Positions 62,650 through 64,000 of a DNA stretch of 64,000 nt are shown one piece after another. Source of the DNA: Phoronis australis (lineage: Eukaryota > Animalia > Phoronida). Position 1 is the stretch's first letter. Each line of letters begins with the position of its first letter. The stretch covers positions 866,841-930,840 of the forward strand of contig NMRA01000104.1 of the NCBI GenBank assembly GCA_002633005.1, read 5' to 3'. The notes under the pieces were generated by a model. That model worked only from the letters and a program-made list of their open reading frames with translations. It was not told the DNA's origin and ran no database searches. A program made the translations under genes and the position numbers.

Positions 62650-64000
62650 TTATTCAACGTGCACTGATCTGTACCCCAATCAAAGACAAGTTTACAGTCA
62701 GTAATTACTGCAGAGAGGAGACAGCACAGACGGAACAAGGCCGAACTGATTTTAAACTACGCGTTGAAAACGCAACTGTGCGCATTGGATAACCAATTAT
62801 GTGCGTTGATTAAGCAGTTCTGCGCGTTGATTTAGAAACAGTGCTCATTGAATAGCACATTTCAACGCGCCTAAAGAAACTTTGTCGCTTCATAGACACA
62901 GTCCTGGCGTGGGTTCCATAGACGAGAGAACCTCGCGAAAACGCAAGGCTTCGCGAGATATTGCCCACGTGACAAGCCAAACACTTGGCAATATTTGAAT
63001 ATTTCAATAGTGTATGAAAATGTGATGAAAATTGGTTGAAAAGTTGACTTTTGTCAAGTTAATGAAATATTGGCATATATCATTTACTCATATACAAGTG
63101 GTGTTCAGGAGAAACTAGGTCGCAATTTCGTCGCATAGAGATCGGTAGATAGGCGTATCCATTGTTCTTATAATGCAGATAATGACAAGAATTTATCGGT
63201 AACCGGATGTTGTGCGCCTCAGGTACGATGTCCATGCGACTTGTATTGTTATATCCAACAGAGTCGCAACAAAGGAAAATAATGGTGGTCGGCTTCATTT
63301 TCATTAAAACCAGTAAAATTTGATAATTATTTTTAATGCAAGTCAGCGTTATTAAGAGAAACTGTTTACAGCCATCTGACAATCGCATCTATACGCGTAA
63401 TATTCAAACTTAAAAATGGGCTTAATCAAGATATATTTGAGATATTTTGCCGCTTTGTAGCAATGCTCATCGGTTAGAGGTCAATTTCTATTTGATCAAC
63501 TTTCCTTTGGGAGCAAAGAATACCAAAAACAATCATCGAGAAATTTGTCAACTTTCTAGATCTGTGAGTGTCAAAATTTTGACGTTTGGAGCTCTCCTAG
63601 TGATCAAATTGCTTGGAGGGGACTGTCAGTTGGAGGGGACTGTCAATTTGCAATATCGGTTTCACAGCCTCTGTCAAGTCTCCATTCATTAAATATAAGC
63701 GTCTATGCACAAGTTTTGTCTAATTGTCTACTGTGTTTGCGGAGACACCTTCTTCGTATTACAGTTCATAAAAAATTGTTGAATTCGCAAAAGGAACACG
63801 TTTCTGCTTCTTCAGAAACTTAGATACACGTCCAAATTCTGTTTTCCTGTTCATTTCTAAACAGTCATACCATTCGTCGCGACAGCCTTCCAACTATTTT
63901 CGTACTATTATGTTTCTGAAATGCTCTTGCTCGGCAACTCGGAACGTCAGAAAAGAGTAAAACAACACATATTTGGTTTACCTGCGTGAACATTGTCACA

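Overview
This is eukaryotic animal genomic DNA with spliceosomal GT-AG introns. The innexin gene and the repeat types suggest an invertebrate, probably a lophotrochozoan or mollusc (inference). Two protein-coding genes are well supported, both on the + strand. The first is a complete 17-exon eIF3b gene (CDS 2061-16202; exons sum to 2100 nt = 699 aa + stop; all phases are consistent). The second is an innexin whose whole CDS lies in one exon (53003-54199, 398 aa) behind a splice acceptor. The ~36 kb between them contains no other credible protein gene. It holds LINE and DNA-transposon remnants and several promoter-plus-donor modules that look like alternative first exons of the innexin. Three tandem duplications sit exactly at single-N scaffold joins and are most likely haplotype-overlap artefacts; two of them expose transposon presence/absence polymorphisms. 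Notable leads: an in-frame 54-nt duplicated splice acceptor in eIF3b; candidate intronic H/ACA and C/D snoRNAs; long hairpins in many eIF3b introns and directly at its stop codon; and a structured minus-strand RNA candidate from a divergent TCT-type promoter just upstream of eIF3b. All RNA structure was read by eye; no folding or database search was run.
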